64,000 nt of DNA from Batkoa obscura (lineage: Eukaryota): positions 930,001 through 994,000 of the forward strand of contig JASVEC010000011.1 in assembly GCA_030770535.1 (NCBI GenBank), read 5' to 3'. A model generated the notes under the pieces. It saw nothing but the letters and a program-made list of their open reading frames with translations, had not been told where the DNA came from and made no database searches. The position numbers and the translations under genes are program-made. Each line of letters opens with the position of its first letter. Within the stretch, counting starts at the first letter, position 1. Shown here piece after piece: positions 63,753 through 64,000 of the stretch.

Positions 63753-63848
63753 GGGGGTGTTTTTCTTGGCTTCATTATTTTTTCCATCTTTTAAGCGCTA
63801 TTTCAACGGAAAGATGGAAAAAGTAATGAAGCCAAAAAAAACATCCTC
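63753..63848. mobile_element. MITE copy 11, right-end/right-end foldback derivative
   Basis: Inverted right half joined to a forward right end; ATAT flanks. Confidence 0.85.
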
Positions 63849-64000
63849 ATATAAAAAACATAATAATAGTTATTTTTTATTATACTTACTAAGCATAAAC
63901 ATCAAAATAAAAAGATAAAGTTCCTTGTATTTAAGTAATAAATATTTTTATAACAAATTAAAATAGAGAACTTTGAATTAATTGTATTATATAACTTATA

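Overview
An AT-rich eukaryotic window with short GT-AG introns (mostly about 45-75 nt). Gene content suggests an early-diverging fungus, probably Entomophthorales (Conidiobolus-like); this taxon call is inference. Conserved housekeeping genes (PGM2-like, SGF29, FAP7/AK6, SUP35/eRF3, LYRM5, UBX, ATP7, PRMT5, NOT3/5, BEM1, TRZ1, MAK16, RAE1-like, tRNA-Ser, tRNA-Arg) are interleaved with accessory genes: a GH5 glucanase, an S1 protease, two GMC oxidoreductases, two identical subtilases, two P450s, and one intact plus two decayed F-box genes. Notable signals: (1) two interlocked inverted duplications (subtilase pair and P450 pair) showing gene-conversion patterns, with a potentially invertible BEM1/CYP segment; (2) a P450 paralogue that keeps its heme Cys but has changed three predicted heme-propionate ligands; (3) an S1 protease with an elastase-like pocket and a Trp/Gln repeat insert after an RR site; (4) eRF3 with PAM2 motifs and tandem 33-nt symmetric micro-exons encoding an (L/V)SIG repeat; (5) 11 copies of a ~97-bp MITE with 4-bp AWWT target duplications, including left-left and right-right foldback variants; (6) an overlapping uORF that could control dual targeting of RNase Z. 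Exon boundaries were read by eye and no searches were run.
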